NCBI GenBank assembly: GCA_964563355.1
Contig: CAZLVU010000003.1
Location: forward strand, 71,076 to 135,075
From: an uncultured Candidatus Poseidoniales archaeon
GTDB taxonomy: Archaea > Thermoplasmatota > Poseidoniia > Poseidoniales > Thalassarchaeaceae
DNA: 64,000 bases
Direction: 5' to 3'
Of the stretch, positions 46,672 to 56,619 are shown piece by piece (position 1 is the stretch's first letter; the number at the start of each line of letters is the position of its first letter). The notes beneath the pieces are model-generated. The model was given only the letters and a program-made list of their open reading frames with translations. It had not been told where the DNA came from and searched no databases. Made by a program: the position numbers and the translations under genes.

Positions 46672-49600
46672 CTAAACATCGGAACCAGCACCGGCTCTCT
46701 CCCATTTCAGCACAATCACACCGTTGGAATTTACTTCCAAGACAGGAATCCACTTGCTCAAGTCAACGGATTGTTCCGCATCAACGCTCTTCTGTAAACG
46801 ATCGACCAGAGTTGAATCCAGCCTGACTTGAAATGGGACTTCATCAGACACGAACCTGGGGTCGGGGGTGCTTACTACATCGCTTACCACCGAACTCTCG
46901 CTGAACTCTTCGGACGCGTCTTCCTCTGGCAAATCTTCTGGGATTCCAGCGTCATCTGGGACTCCAGCGTCATCTGGGATCCTGATGTCATATGGGACAC
47001 CTATGTTGGAAACTATAGGTGACGCCCCTTCTTTGGTGCTGCCAATCTCCAGCCCCCCCTTCGATGAGTAAAGCACTGCCTGACCAATTAGAGTTAGTGC
47101 AGCGAGGAACAGCATCATCACCATGACTAGGTCACCGAAGAAAGAGCCTGTAATCACGAGACCTAACGGCATACCCACCAGACTGAACATCCTCCTCCAT
47201 GGATGATCACGGCTGAATCCCAGGATCATGTGATGAGCGGATAGCAGAATCAGGCAGTACCCAAAGACCTCAGGGGTTCCTTCCTCTATCCAGTAAATCA
47301 GGGAGAAAAACAAGAAGAAACCCGATCCGAACAGTCCTGTGTTCTTCTCAAAATCGAATGGATTCCCATGTCTGTCCTCATCCAGTCTCTGGAAGGGGTT
47401 TCTTCTGACCCATGATTGTTGGAGCATCACCAACCCGACTAGGATTGGCCACAAAGCAGCGTCGATCGCATTTCCACCTTCTCCATTATGGATCCAAAGT
47501 GCGAGCGTAAATGTCTGCACAGGTACAGAAACATGCAACAGCCAAGGAATACCGTTCCTGATCCCATCCAAGCCAGCAACGAGGCTGGACAGGAACGGAA
47601 GGGCCCAACTGATGTCCCCAGTCATCAGGGTGAAAAGGTAGCCGAAACCCCTTGATACAGCTCCCAGATATTTCGTGGAGGCATTGAGCGCTCCGGGATC
47701 CTTGACGTTGGAGAGCAGCACTCCGTTCTCCAGCAGGACGTACTGCCCAAGGCCCACAATCCCACCAACCAAGGGTGCGATTGCAGAATATGAGGGTGAG
47801 AAATCCAACCCTGAATCTAAGAGTAGGGAGATTAGGTTATCAGTGGCCCAGAACGATGCCACTGGTGTTAGCCAGAACCAGTTGACTATCCCGTTCTTCC
47901 AAGCTCCGGCTGTGAGCAACGTCACGATAAATAGGGGAGCCATCCTTTCGTCTGGAAGTAATAATGCGACTGCGAACATACCTGCCATGGCTGGGCCGAA
48001 CAACTGCTCGGGTCCGTATCTGGAACCCCCAACTCTGTTCCTTTCTGCAGGCATATTCACCGCGACCATGATCGGTAATGATGCCAGAAGAAGAGACGCC
48101 CAGCGTGGAACTTCGATAATTAGCAGATCAGAAGTTTCCCCGAGGTAAGCCAAGCCATTCAGAATCGGCCATAGAACAGAGTTCTCGTCGTATGTGCTGT
48201 GGAAAGTCGAAGCGTAAATGACTGCAACAACCGGTAGTGAGATCAGGACTGCCGTAGAGGCGTGCTTGCTTGCCCTGTGTACTGCTAGCGCATAAACTGG
48301 AATAGCCAGTAAACCCCCTGAGATGTCAGTTAGGCCAATGACCAGAAGTACCAGCAACGTCACGGTTCCGAGTGCGCGGGCCTCCTCTGAGAGGTCTGTG
48401 AGAGTCTTGAGTTTGAAGTTGACCAACACCGGAGCGGCAATGATCAGAAGGTCACGAGTTACCAGCGCCATGAGGTTCCCCCCCTCGTCCTTTACGATGA
48501 CAGCCGAAATTACCGAAATCGGAATCAGATAGCAGATTCCGACCAATCTATCCAAGGGAGTCGAAGGGCCAAACGCTCCACCTTCGATTGCTAGGAGGGC
48601 GACAGCGACGGTAACGCAGCTGAGTGTTAGCCAGATCGCTTCGGTCGGGCCCGCAAAGTGCTCATCAAGGTTGATCCCGAGGAAAATCAGTATTAGCAAC
48701 AGAATGGCAGTCATCTCCGGCCTCAACATAAGGTTCTCATCGGGGCTCTTCCGGAAGCGGCACAGACCAAACAAAACTAATGCAGATACCCCAGGCAAGG
48801 ATCTGATGAAGGCGAGTGATGAATCATCAAATGCCTCTATCTCTAGAGCTACCTCGGTTGCCTCTATCGCTAGAGCTAATACCATTGGAGCCACTATGAA
48901 CGCGGACCGCACCGACTCCTCAATTCCAAGCCTGTCATGACCTCGCAGGTGCTTGTCGAGTTGGAATAGGACTGCGGCAGCGATTATCGCCCCTAGGAGC
49001 ACATGGGACTCTCGAAGAAGGGACTGGTTCAGTGAGGCCATGAGTAGTAGGAGGGACGGCCCGTCGAAGAATCCCAATCTGCCGCGGTGCTGCCCCCATA
49101 TCCCCAGAAGGAGTAACGCAGGGAAGAGCACGAAGGCAGCACCATCAACAACTGTCAGGGTAAACCCGCCGGTATCCAGCAGAGCTCCCCCTTCTTCGGC
49201 CCCGAGTGCCGAGGAGACCAACCAAGATACTAGCATAGCAACGTAGGTCCCCCTAACAACCCAGTCCCTAGCGTATGGTCTGGTCTCGAGGTAGATGAAA
49301 GCCACAATGCCGACCGACCATCCAACCAACGCCGACTCGCCTGACAGTAGTGCCAGAGCTAGAGCCAGGCCAATTGGCATGGCCGGTGTCCTCTGCATCG
49401 TTGTGGGGGCGAACCAACCGACTAGCAGGGCTACCCACAGCCAGAAAGTGAGCCCGAAGGGATAGGCAATCTCCACAATGCCTGCAACAACGAAGGAGGA
49501 TTCGTTGGCCGTAGCTACAATCTGGCAGAATAGGATTGTCGCCACGACGAGACCGGAGCCATTCTCGACCATTTTCCTAGAGAGGCTCTGGTCAGTGGCG

Positions 49601-50349
49601 GTAATTCCGATTAGCACGATGAAAGGAACCAGCAGACTAGCATATTCGATCTCTGTGCCCCAAGCGAGGTACAGGGGAAAGCCCACAGTCATCCCTGAAG
49701 AGAATAGGTATAGTGACGAACGATCAAGCCTCAGAGAGTAAACCACGGAGGCCGACATTAGAAGCAAGAAGGATAAAGTCAGGAATACCTCCAACTCCCC
49801 GCCGGAGTAGTCCATCCAAATCGGGGCGCCACTGAAAGCCAGACTGATGGGTGCTAGAACCACCACCGTCCGCGGCAGCGTCCCCAGGGAGTGCCTAATA
49901 ATCGAACGAGCACTTATCTCCATCACAATTAGAAGACACAGGGTCTGTAGTGCAGCTAGCCAAACAGGCATCCAAATCTCCCCATCTTGGATCTCGATCC
50001 ATTCCTTCTCAGGCCCTGCGAAGAAGACGACAAACCTAGAGAGCCAGACTGCTGATAACGAACCCATCAGGACTCCGGCAGCTCCGGCGTACTCCTCAAT
50101 CGGATCCTCCTCTCTGTCAATCCCCTTACTGTACCTAAGCCACTCATGTAGCCCAATCACGCTGAAGGCGATTATGGCTGTGCTCACTCCAAGGGTTAGG
50201 AAAGCGTAGTCACTGCTAACGTTAGCCACGGTAACCTTGTAAATTGCGTATGCGAGCATGAGGCCGCCAGCACCCAAAGAGGCGTAGAGACCAATTGATG
50301 AGGCATCAACATCAGAACGCAGAACGGCATTTTTCGGGGCTTCACTCAT
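46672..50349 (-). CDS. Large polytopic membrane protein of unknown function (1225 aa)
   Basis: Very many hydrophobic segments followed by an acidic soluble tail; uninterrupted ORF. Confidence 0.8.
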   Translation of the reverse strand: MSEAPKNAVLRSDVDASSIGLYASLGAGGLMLAYAIYKVTVANVSSDYAFLTLGVSTAIIAFSVIGLHEWLRYSKGIDREEDPIEEYAGAAGVLMGSLSAVWLSRFVVFFAGPEKEWIEIQDGEIWMPVWLAALQTLCLLIVMEISARSIIRHSLGTLPRTVVVLAPISLAFSGAPIWMDYSGGELEVFLTLSFLLLMSASVVYSLRLDRSSLYLFSSGMTVGFPLYLAWGTEIEYASLLVPFIVLIGITATDQSLSRKMVENGSGLVVATILFCQIVATANESSFVVAGIVEIAYPFGLTFWLWVALLVGWFAPTTMQRTPAMPIGLALALALLSGESALVGWSVGIVAFIYLETRPYARDWVVRGTYVAMLVSWLVSSALGAEEGGALLDTGGFTLTVVDGAAFVLFPALLLLGIWGQHRGRLGFFDGPSLLLLMASLNQSLLRESHVLLGAIIAAAVLFQLDKHLRGHDRLGIEESVRSAFIVAPMVLALAIEATEVALEIEAFDDSSLAFIRSLPGVSALVLFGLCRFRKSPDENLMLRPEMTAILLLILIFLGINLDEHFAGPTEAIWLTLSCVTVAVALLAIEGGAFGPSTPLDRLVGICYLIPISVISAVIVKDEGGNLMALVTRDLLIIAAPVLVNFKLKTLTDLSEEARALGTVTLLVLLVIGLTDISGGLLAIPVYALAVHRASKHASTAVLISLPVVAVIYASTFHSTYDENSVLWPILNGLAYLGETSDLLIIEVPRWASLLLASLPIMVAVNMPAERNRVGGSRYGPEQLFGPAMAGMFAVALLLPDERMAPLFIVTLLTAGAWKNGIVNWFWLTPVASFWATDNLISLLLDSGLDFSPSYSAIAPLVGGIVGLGQYVLLENGVLLSNVKDPGALNASTKYLGAVSRGFGYLFTLMTGDISWALPFLSSLVAGLDGIRNGIPWLLHVSVPVQTFTLALWIHNGEGGNAIDAALWPILVGLVMLQQSWVRRNPFQRLDEDRHGNPFDFEKNTGLFGSGFFLFFSLIYWIEEGTPEVFGYCLILLSAHHMILGFSRDHPWRRMFSLVGMPLGLVITGSFFGDLVMVMMLFLAALTLIGQAVLYSSKGGLEIGSTKEGASPIVSNIGVPYDIRIPDDAGVPDDAGIPEDLPEEDASEEFSESSVVSDVVSTPDPRFVSDEVPFQVRLDSTLVDRLQKSVDAEQSVDLSKWIPVLEVNSNGVIVLKWERAGAGSDV
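46937..46980. repeat. 18-nt tandem repeat, about 2.4 copies (encodes (I/V)PDDAG)
   Basis: TCCAGCGTCATCTGGGA(C/T) repeated. Confidence 0.75.
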
Positions 50350-50404
50350 GATACTCGTTAGTCACAACTACCTTTGGACTTACTCCCGGCATGTCACAAT
50401 CCCA

Positions 50405-51658
50405 CTACAATTCTTCGTAGTACGACTCAACCGCGACCTCGAGTTGGCTTGCAACATCTTCTTCATCAATCGAAAGGGTCACCCCATCTCTGCGCAAGGC
50501 CTCTCCATCCACGAACATGTCTAGCACCCTGCCCCCTGAGTAGATGAGATTTGGAAGCAGCCTCCTGCCAAACCTGCCCCATGGACGCATCCTCACATCG
50601 TTAAGATCCCAAGTTACCCAGTCCCTCGATCCCCGGGTGGCGAGTTGCCAAGTTTCCAGAGGGCCTAGAATGCGTGCATTCCAGTGATCATGGCGCTGCA
50701 CTAGGCTAGCTGCCTTAGCTTCCGCGCGCATGTCCAAGGAGTTGTTGCTTGCTGCCCCGTCGGTTCCAAGACGCACATCCACTCCAGCTTCTCTCATTGC
50801 CGGATACGACATGGTACCCCCGCAAGCAAGCTTCTGATTACTGGTTGGACAGTGTACGGCATGGGCCCCGTGCCCAGATAGAATTCGCATTTCCTTCTTT
50901 GTCACCCAACCGCAGTGAGCGCAAACCGTACCATCGGTGAAGTAGTCGATTGAGTCAAGGTACTCTATTGGGTACATCCCATGATCAGAATGGCAGTCAG
51001 CGACCTCCTCCCTAGTCTCGGAAGTGTGTATGCTTAGTGTGCAACCCGTCTCGCGGGAAATCTCCGAGGCCTTTCGCAGAGTCTCCTCCGAGCAGGCGTA
51101 GACGGAATGCGTCCCGATCCCGAACTCCACCCTATTCGGACTTCGAGTGCCTTCTGAAATCAAACCCTCAATCTTGCTTAGAGCCTGCCCCGCTCCTTCA
51201 GGATACGAGGGAGTGGGGAAGTCCGTAATCGGCCCACATACCTTGGCCCTCAATCCACACTCAGAAAGGACATTACCAACCACATCGGGGTGGTAGTACA
51301 TGTCACACGCGAACGTAGTTCCTGTGGCAATCATCTCGGCTGCCGCTGCTTTGGTACCCACTTCTACAAATTCCGCAGTGAGTCCCTTTTCAACAGGAAA
51401 AATGGAAGTCTCCAACCACTCCATCAATGGAAGCCCCTCTCCCATGGACTTGTTCAAAACCATGGAGAGATGAGTGTGCCAATTCTGGAAGGATCGCGTT
51501 AACATCCGCATGGATCCGTCAATGCTTTCCACAACATCCTCGTCTCCCTTACTCTCCGAGACCGTTCCATCAGAGTTTATCAGGAAATCACCACGCTCAA
51601 TCACTCCCTCATCTCCGACTAACCACGTTCCGGTGATTCGGCGGGTGCCAGTGTCCAT
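50405..51658 (-). CDS. Amidohydrolase, MTA/SAH deaminase-like
   Basis: NWHTH, LMEWL...IFPVE, GTTFACDMY, HSVY, IHTSET..E, AHCGW, HCPTSNQKLA, LGTDGAASNNSLDM. Confidence 0.85.
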   Translation of the reverse strand: MDTGTRRITGTWLVGDEGVIERGDFLINSDGTVSESKGDEDVVESIDGSMRMLTRSFQNWHTHLSMVLNKSMGEGLPLMEWLETSIFPVEKGLTAEFVEVGTKAAAAEMIATGTTFACDMYYHPDVVGNVLSECGLRAKVCGPITDFPTPSYPEGAGQALSKIEGLISEGTRSPNRVEFGIGTHSVYACSEETLRKASEISRETGCTLSIHTSETREEVADCHSDHGMYPIEYLDSIDYFTDGTVCAHCGWVTKKEMRILSGHGAHAVHCPTSNQKLACGGTMSYPAMREAGVDVRLGTDGAASNNSLDMRAEAKAASLVQRHDHWNARILGPLETWQLATRGSRDWVTWDLNDVRMRPWGRFGRRLLPNLIYSGGRVLDMFVDGEALRRDGVTLSIDEEDVASQLEVAVESYYEEL

Positions 51659-51695
51659 GCCTATCCCCCTGCAGCAATGAATCTGAATGTTTGTC

Positions 51696-52295
51696 CTATT
51701 TGCAGACAGCCTTGAGGTTGCTCACAACTTCACCATTAGAGTTCTTCATCCAAGCATCGATCACGTCCCCAGTCCGCATTGGTCCAACACCCCTTGGTGT
51801 TCCAGTCCATACCAGATCCCCCGGGGTCAACTCATACCAATCCCTCAGATGCCCTAGAATAGATTCAACCGAATGAACCATCAGCTCGGTGGAAGCCTCC
51901 TGCTTGATCTCACCATTGAGGGAAAGCCCGATCTCCAGGGGACTGTCATCCCAATCGGTCCACGTCCCAAGAACGCCAGCGCCCCTGAAGCCCTTGCCTT
52001 CCAGCCAAGGCCATCCTTTCTCCTTTGCATGTGTCTGGCGAGTCCTGTTAGTTGTGTCAACTCCAACGCACATCTGAGCAGGTTGTAGATCTTCACCTAA
52101 CCTGATCACCATTTCGACCTCGTGGTCTATGTGTTCTTCCGGTGCTAGCAGTGTTACCACATTGCTGCCATCTTGGTCGGCTTCCATCATTGCGGAGGGA
52201 GGCATTAGGAAGAATCGAGGGTAGTCCGTGACGTCGCCATAGATCTCCTTGGCGTGACCTACGTAGTTCCTGAAGACCGCCCATCCAACTCCCAT
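51696..52295 (-). CDS. Fumarylacetoacetate hydrolase family protein
   Basis: RNY..HAKE, DHEVEM, W..GKGF, LTPGDLVWTGTP.GVG. Confidence 0.9.
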   Translation of the reverse strand: MGVGWAVFRNYVGHAKEIYGDVTDYPRFFLMPPSAMMEADQDGSNVVTLLAPEEHIDHEVEMVIRLGEDLQPAQMCVGVDTTNRTRQTHAKEKGWPWLEGKGFRGAGVLGTWTDWDDSPLEIGLSLNGEIKQEASTELMVHSVESILGHLRDWYELTPGDLVWTGTPRGVGPMRTGDVIDAWMKNSNGEVVSNLKAVCK

Positions 52296-52384
52296 GATGC
52301 TCCAGGAGGCAAACCCATGATTAGCGCATCGCCTTTCGCGTCTCACTCATCAGGTTGAAGGCTCGTCGCGTTCAGAATGACTCA

Positions 52385-53338
52385 ATGGCCGAGGACCCAT
52401 ACCGTGTCATCGGAGTCTCTAAGGACGCTACGGACGCAGAAATCAAGAGGGCATATCGCAAGCTCGCCCGGCAGTATCACCCTGATAGAAATCCTGGTGA
52501 TGCAGCCGCCGAGGAACGATTCAAGGCCATTCAGTCTGCATACGAAGCTGTTGGGTCGGCTGAAGCACGCAACGAGTACGATCAGAGAAGTAGAATGGAG
52601 GAAATTTTCCAAGGTAGCAACTCACAATCAAACTTCGGCGGAGTTGATCTCGGCGACATTTTCTCACAGTTTATGGGTGGTCGAGGAAGTGCAGCTCCAG
52701 GGTTTGACTTCCGTTTTGAGCAGAATGCCAACCTACGACAACCCGCTCAACAACGAACGAAAGGGGCGGACATAGAGACCGGTCTAGATATCTCCCTCAA
52801 TCAGGCAGTTAGTGGAACAGAGGTAAAGTTCAGCCATCGGCGAATGAAAAGATGCTCGAAATGTAAAGGCTCTAGCTTCGGCACCTCTCGGAGATGCATC
52901 ACATGTAATGGCACGGGCGTGCAGACCAGGGGGAGCACACTCACAGTCAAAGTGCCCCCTGGCACCGAGCACGGGCATCTTCTACGATTGAAGGGTATGG
53001 GGCACGAGCACCCCGAGGGAGATGCCGGGGACCTCCTCATTACTCTGAGGCTTGATGCAGAGGAGGGACGCCGTTGGGAGGAAGGACGGCTGATTCAAGA
53101 GGTAAAATTGCCATACAGCACCCTTCTACTAGGGGGCAAGGTCAGAATTATGACCCCTGTGGGCAAGAGAGTCGAGATTGAGGTTCCTGAGGGATCCAAG
53201 ATTGGTGACCGTAGGAGATTACAGGGCCACGGCCACTCTGGTGGCCCACTCGACATCGAGTTCACGCTGGCCGAGCCCGAGGATCTGAGTGAAGCCCAGC
53301 GCAGAGCGCTGGAGGAACTCAGGGACAGTAGATTGTGA
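52385..53338 (+). CDS. DnaJ-family chaperone (J domain, G/F region, half zinc finger, C-terminal domain)
   Basis: DPY.VIGV, IKRAYRKLARQYHPD, CSKCKG and CITCNG.G, LRLKGMG, GDLLI. Confidence 0.9.
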   Translation: MAEDPYRVIGVSKDATDAEIKRAYRKLARQYHPDRNPGDAAAEERFKAIQSAYEAVGSAEARNEYDQRSRMEEIFQGSNSQSNFGGVDLGDIFSQFMGGRGSAAPGFDFRFEQNANLRQPAQQRTKGADIETGLDISLNQAVSGTEVKFSHRRMKRCSKCKGSSFGTSRRCITCNGTGVQTRGSTLTVKVPPGTEHGHLLRLKGMGHEHPEGDAGDLLITLRLDAEEGRRWEEGRLIQEVKLPYSTLLLGGKVRIMTPVGKRVEIEVPEGSKIGDRRRLQGHGHSGGPLDIEFTLAEPEDLSEAQRRALEELRDSRL

Positions 53339-53382
53339 GCCTCACGAAATCTGTCAAATACCCGTCTTCCACGGCTCTCAGC

Positions 53383-56300
53383 ATGCGCGACTTCGCCCAT
53401 GTTGCAGACTTCCTCGTTCCGAGGCGCAGACAGGCGCACATCGCCATCATCCTGCTGTCTATGCTGATGCTTCCTGGAATCTCGGCCACGCTGAGTCCGA
53501 TAGACATAGAGTCCTACGACCTAGAGTCGCCCGAGCTCGACGCGAACGCGGTGCTGATGGAGGAGTTCTCGTCGGCCGGGGGGATAGAGGCATTCGGGAT
53601 CTTCGTTCGCGATCCGGCGTACTTCGGCCAGTCGGATTCCGACGTCACGATGATCGCCGGCTACAACGGCCACGGTGAGGGTGTCAGCGAACCCGAGGGA
53701 GGGGTTCTCAACCTCACTGTGCTCAGGGAGATCGATGTCAAGGCTGAGTTCCTGAGGCAGCACGAGGTCTCCGAGTTCTACCTCTCTTTCGCCTCTCAGA
53801 TTACTGGTGAGCCCGTGGTCGGTATACTCGATCTGGCCACCGACTTCAGGTCATTCATGTCCGGACAGTCGTCATTGACCAGCCCTAGGGTCGACCCGGA
53901 CACGCTGATGATGACGCCACCGTCCACCGACTGGGTTGACTGCGGTGTGTTGGAGTGCCTGACCTTCGATGACGAGAATGTGACCCAAGCTCACATCGAC
54001 CTCGCCGCGCATAGGATGGCAAATCATAGCTATGGCGCCTTCCTCAGGCTGCTTTCCAAGGACCGTGGTTTCATCCCTGACCCATCGAGCCCGGTGATTG
54101 GCCCATACGGCCATCAACTGCTAACTGACGGGTCCATCACCGCTGATGAGTGGGGTCCAGGGCGCTGGTCTGCATCATCCGCATGGTTGCTCATTAATTT
54201 CGACAGGGAGGCCATGCAGAGCAACGGCTGGTCATTCTCGTGGTTGAACTCGAGTTCGGACTCCTCGATGGGATATGAGTGGGATGGAGTGACAGTCGAG
54301 ACCAAGCCAATCCACAACTCGGTGGAGGAGTGTCGCCAGAGAGCTCAGGCTGGCGAGGAGCTCTGCTCCATGGAATGGCTCTATCTGGCGCTCGAGGAAG
54401 ATCTGAGGTCCTCGGACGACATGGTCGTCACCCTGATGTTCGCAGAGGGAGTCAACGTCGAAATAAACCGCGAACTGCTTTCCAGTGCCTACCTGATAGG
54501 AATCATGGCGCTGGTGGTTTCAGTACTGCTGTGGTTCAGTCTTAGGAGGGCGTCTGATGTTGCCATTGTCCTAGTCGGGCTGGCTCTGGCGCTGATGTGG
54601 ATGCAGGGGCTCATAGGTTGGACCATAATCTTGGGCCAGAGATTAGGGACGGAGGTGATATTCCGCTCGCAGTTTTCCAACCTCCTACCAATCCTAGTGC
54701 TGGCCCTCGGCATAGACGACAGTCTGCACGCCCTACACAGGTACAAGGAGGAGAGGAGAGGGGGCGCCAGTCCCGAGCAGGCGGCCCGGACCTCAGTGAG
54801 CAGGGTCGGTCGGGCCATCCTGCTCACATCGACGACCACCATCGTCGCTTTCATGGCCAACATGACCTCGAACATAGCCGCTCTGCGCTCCTTCGGTATT
54901 GAGGCCGGACTTGGCGTGTTCTCCGCCTTCTTGCTGACGGGCCTATGGGTCCCTCTGGTGCGCTACGACTTCGACCTGTGGATGGAATCCAGAGGCAAAC
55001 TGCAGGACGAGGAGGAGGGCATTATCCACATGGTCCCCGAGTCGTGGTTGGCAGCTGTCACCACCAATTCAGCTAGACACGCCCCGGTCGTCGCGGTACT
55101 GGCCATACTGATTACCGCGGTAGCCGTGCCCATGATGCTCTCGCTAGAGGGGGACTTCCAGGTCGAGGACTTCATCGAGAACGAGTCCGACCTCGCGGTG
55201 GGAATAGCCCTGGTGAACGAGCGCTTCAGCGACGAGGGAGAGCCGGGTTACATCCTGCTGGAGGGAGACATGGCGAATCCGAAAGTGATTGCCGCCATCG
55301 GCGAACTTCGAAACAACGTCAACTCGCACGGGCCCGATGACTCGGATCAACTCACCCGACTTCCCACGGGGGAAGTCGAGATCCTCGCAATCGACACCAT
55401 ACTCTCCCTCACCAAGGCGTCGATGGCTTGGAACCCCACCCCCTTCGTCGCAGCCGGCTGGGATCCTGCAGCCGAGGACGGTGGGATGGGTTGCGACAAG
55501 GATCTCTTCGGCCTGCCCTCTTTGGGTGATAGGGAATGCCTCGTCTTCCTGTACGGCTTCGCCCTAACCCAAGGGGTCCCGGAGAGTGGGGGGTACCCAC
55601 CGATGGCGCCCTCGCTGGTCGCCGAGTACATCCAGGTGGTTGGGGAGATCGACTTCGAGAGCCCGTGGCTGACAATCTCGGGCGAGACCCCGGCATACCC
55701 ACGAGCATCGATCCGCTTCGGGATATCCAGTCCCGAGCAGTTCGCACTGGTCGAGCCTGCCCTAGCGCAGCTGGAGGAAGACATGGCCCCGCTGCAGGAA
55801 CTGTCTCGGAATTCGATGAGGCTGCAGGGCGACATCTCGTTGGCTGACGATGAATACCCCGTGACTTGGGCGATACCCACCGGTGAGCCAGTCATCAGGT
55901 TCGTCGCTGCCGACTCGATGCAGGACGAGATGCAGGGCACGCTACTCCTAGGTGTGGTGATGTGCACCATCACCCTGTGGTGGGGCTTCCGCGAGGAGAC
56001 CTCCGCGAGGCAGCGTTGGCAGGAGGGAATGCGGGACCGTACCGCCTTCGCAAGAAGGGTGGGGGCGACAGTGGCAGTGACGGCGTTAATCACCTACCTA
56101 ATGCTTGGAACCTCATACCTACCCTTCTTCTCAATCCTCGCACTGGTCCTATCCATACTCTGGGGTACCGCCCCGTTCTTTGTCGCAGCAGTGACCACCG
56201 GCCCCATTTTCGTCGTGATAATCTGGTTGTATGCCATGGTCGAGTTGGCCGGATACGGTCTCAACATGGTAACCGTGGCCATTGCAGCGATGTCCCTCGG

Positions 56301-56607
56301 AGTGGGCATAGACTACGTCATACACCTCATCGAGCGCTACCGCGAGGAGCGCGAGAAGGGAGCGACGCCACACGTCTCTCTGGCAGCAGTGGGCAGCGCC
56401 TCGGGTCTGGCACTGTTTGGCTCCGCCGTATCGGACATCGCCGGATTTATGGTAATCAATCAGTCCAAGATGGGCTTCTTCTCAACATTCGGATTATTCT
56501 GTGCAATAATGATTGGACTTTCGCTGATAGCTAGTCTGATTCTCGCTCCTGCGACGATTGGCCTCTTGCACCAAATTACTGCGAATTTGAATGATCAGGA
56601 AGAGTAG
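53383..56607 (+). CDS. MMPL/RND family transporter
   Basis: LALGIDDSLH...RYKEE, GRAILLTS.TT, second repeat LGVGIDYVIH..ERYREE. Confidence 0.9.
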   Translation: MRDFAHVADFLVPRRRQAHIAIILLSMLMLPGISATLSPIDIESYDLESPELDANAVLMEEFSSAGGIEAFGIFVRDPAYFGQSDSDVTMIAGYNGHGEGVSEPEGGVLNLTVLREIDVKAEFLRQHEVSEFYLSFASQITGEPVVGILDLATDFRSFMSGQSSLTSPRVDPDTLMMTPPSTDWVDCGVLECLTFDDENVTQAHIDLAAHRMANHSYGAFLRLLSKDRGFIPDPSSPVIGPYGHQLLTDGSITADEWGPGRWSASSAWLLINFDREAMQSNGWSFSWLNSSSDSSMGYEWDGVTVETKPIHNSVEECRQRAQAGEELCSMEWLYLALEEDLRSSDDMVVTLMFAEGVNVEINRELLSSAYLIGIMALVVSVLLWFSLRRASDVAIVLVGLALALMWMQGLIGWTIILGQRLGTEVIFRSQFSNLLPILVLALGIDDSLHALHRYKEERRGGASPEQAARTSVSRVGRAILLTSTTTIVAFMANMTSNIAALRSFGIEAGLGVFSAFLLTGLWVPLVRYDFDLWMESRGKLQDEEEGIIHMVPESWLAAVTTNSARHAPVVAVLAILITAVAVPMMLSLEGDFQVEDFIENESDLAVGIALVNERFSDEGEPGYILLEGDMANPKVIAAIGELRNNVNSHGPDDSDQLTRLPTGEVEILAIDTILSLTKASMAWNPTPFVAAGWDPAAEDGGMGCDKDLFGLPSLGDRECLVFLYGFALTQGVPESGGYPPMAPSLVAEYIQVVGEIDFESPWLTISGETPAYPRASIRFGISSPEQFALVEPALAQLEEDMAPLQELSRNSMRLQGDISLADDEYPVTWAIPTGEPVIRFVAADSMQDEMQGTLLLGVVMCTITLWWGFREETSARQRWQEGMRDRTAFARRVGATVAVTALITYLMLGTSYLPFFSILALVLSILWGTAPFFVAAVTTGPIFVVIIWLYAMVELAGYGLNMVTVAIAAMSLGVGIDYVIHLIERYREEREKGATPHVSLAAVGSASGLALFGSAVSDIAGFMVINQSKMGFFSTFGLFCAIMIGLSLIASLILAPATIGLLHQITANLNDQEE

Positions 56608-56619
56608 CAGGAAAGATGA

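Noticed and set aside
55347-56534. Long alternative ORFs (248 aa minus, 190 aa plus) inside the MMPL gene
   Set aside because: Expected in GC-rich coding DNA; no recognisable motifs
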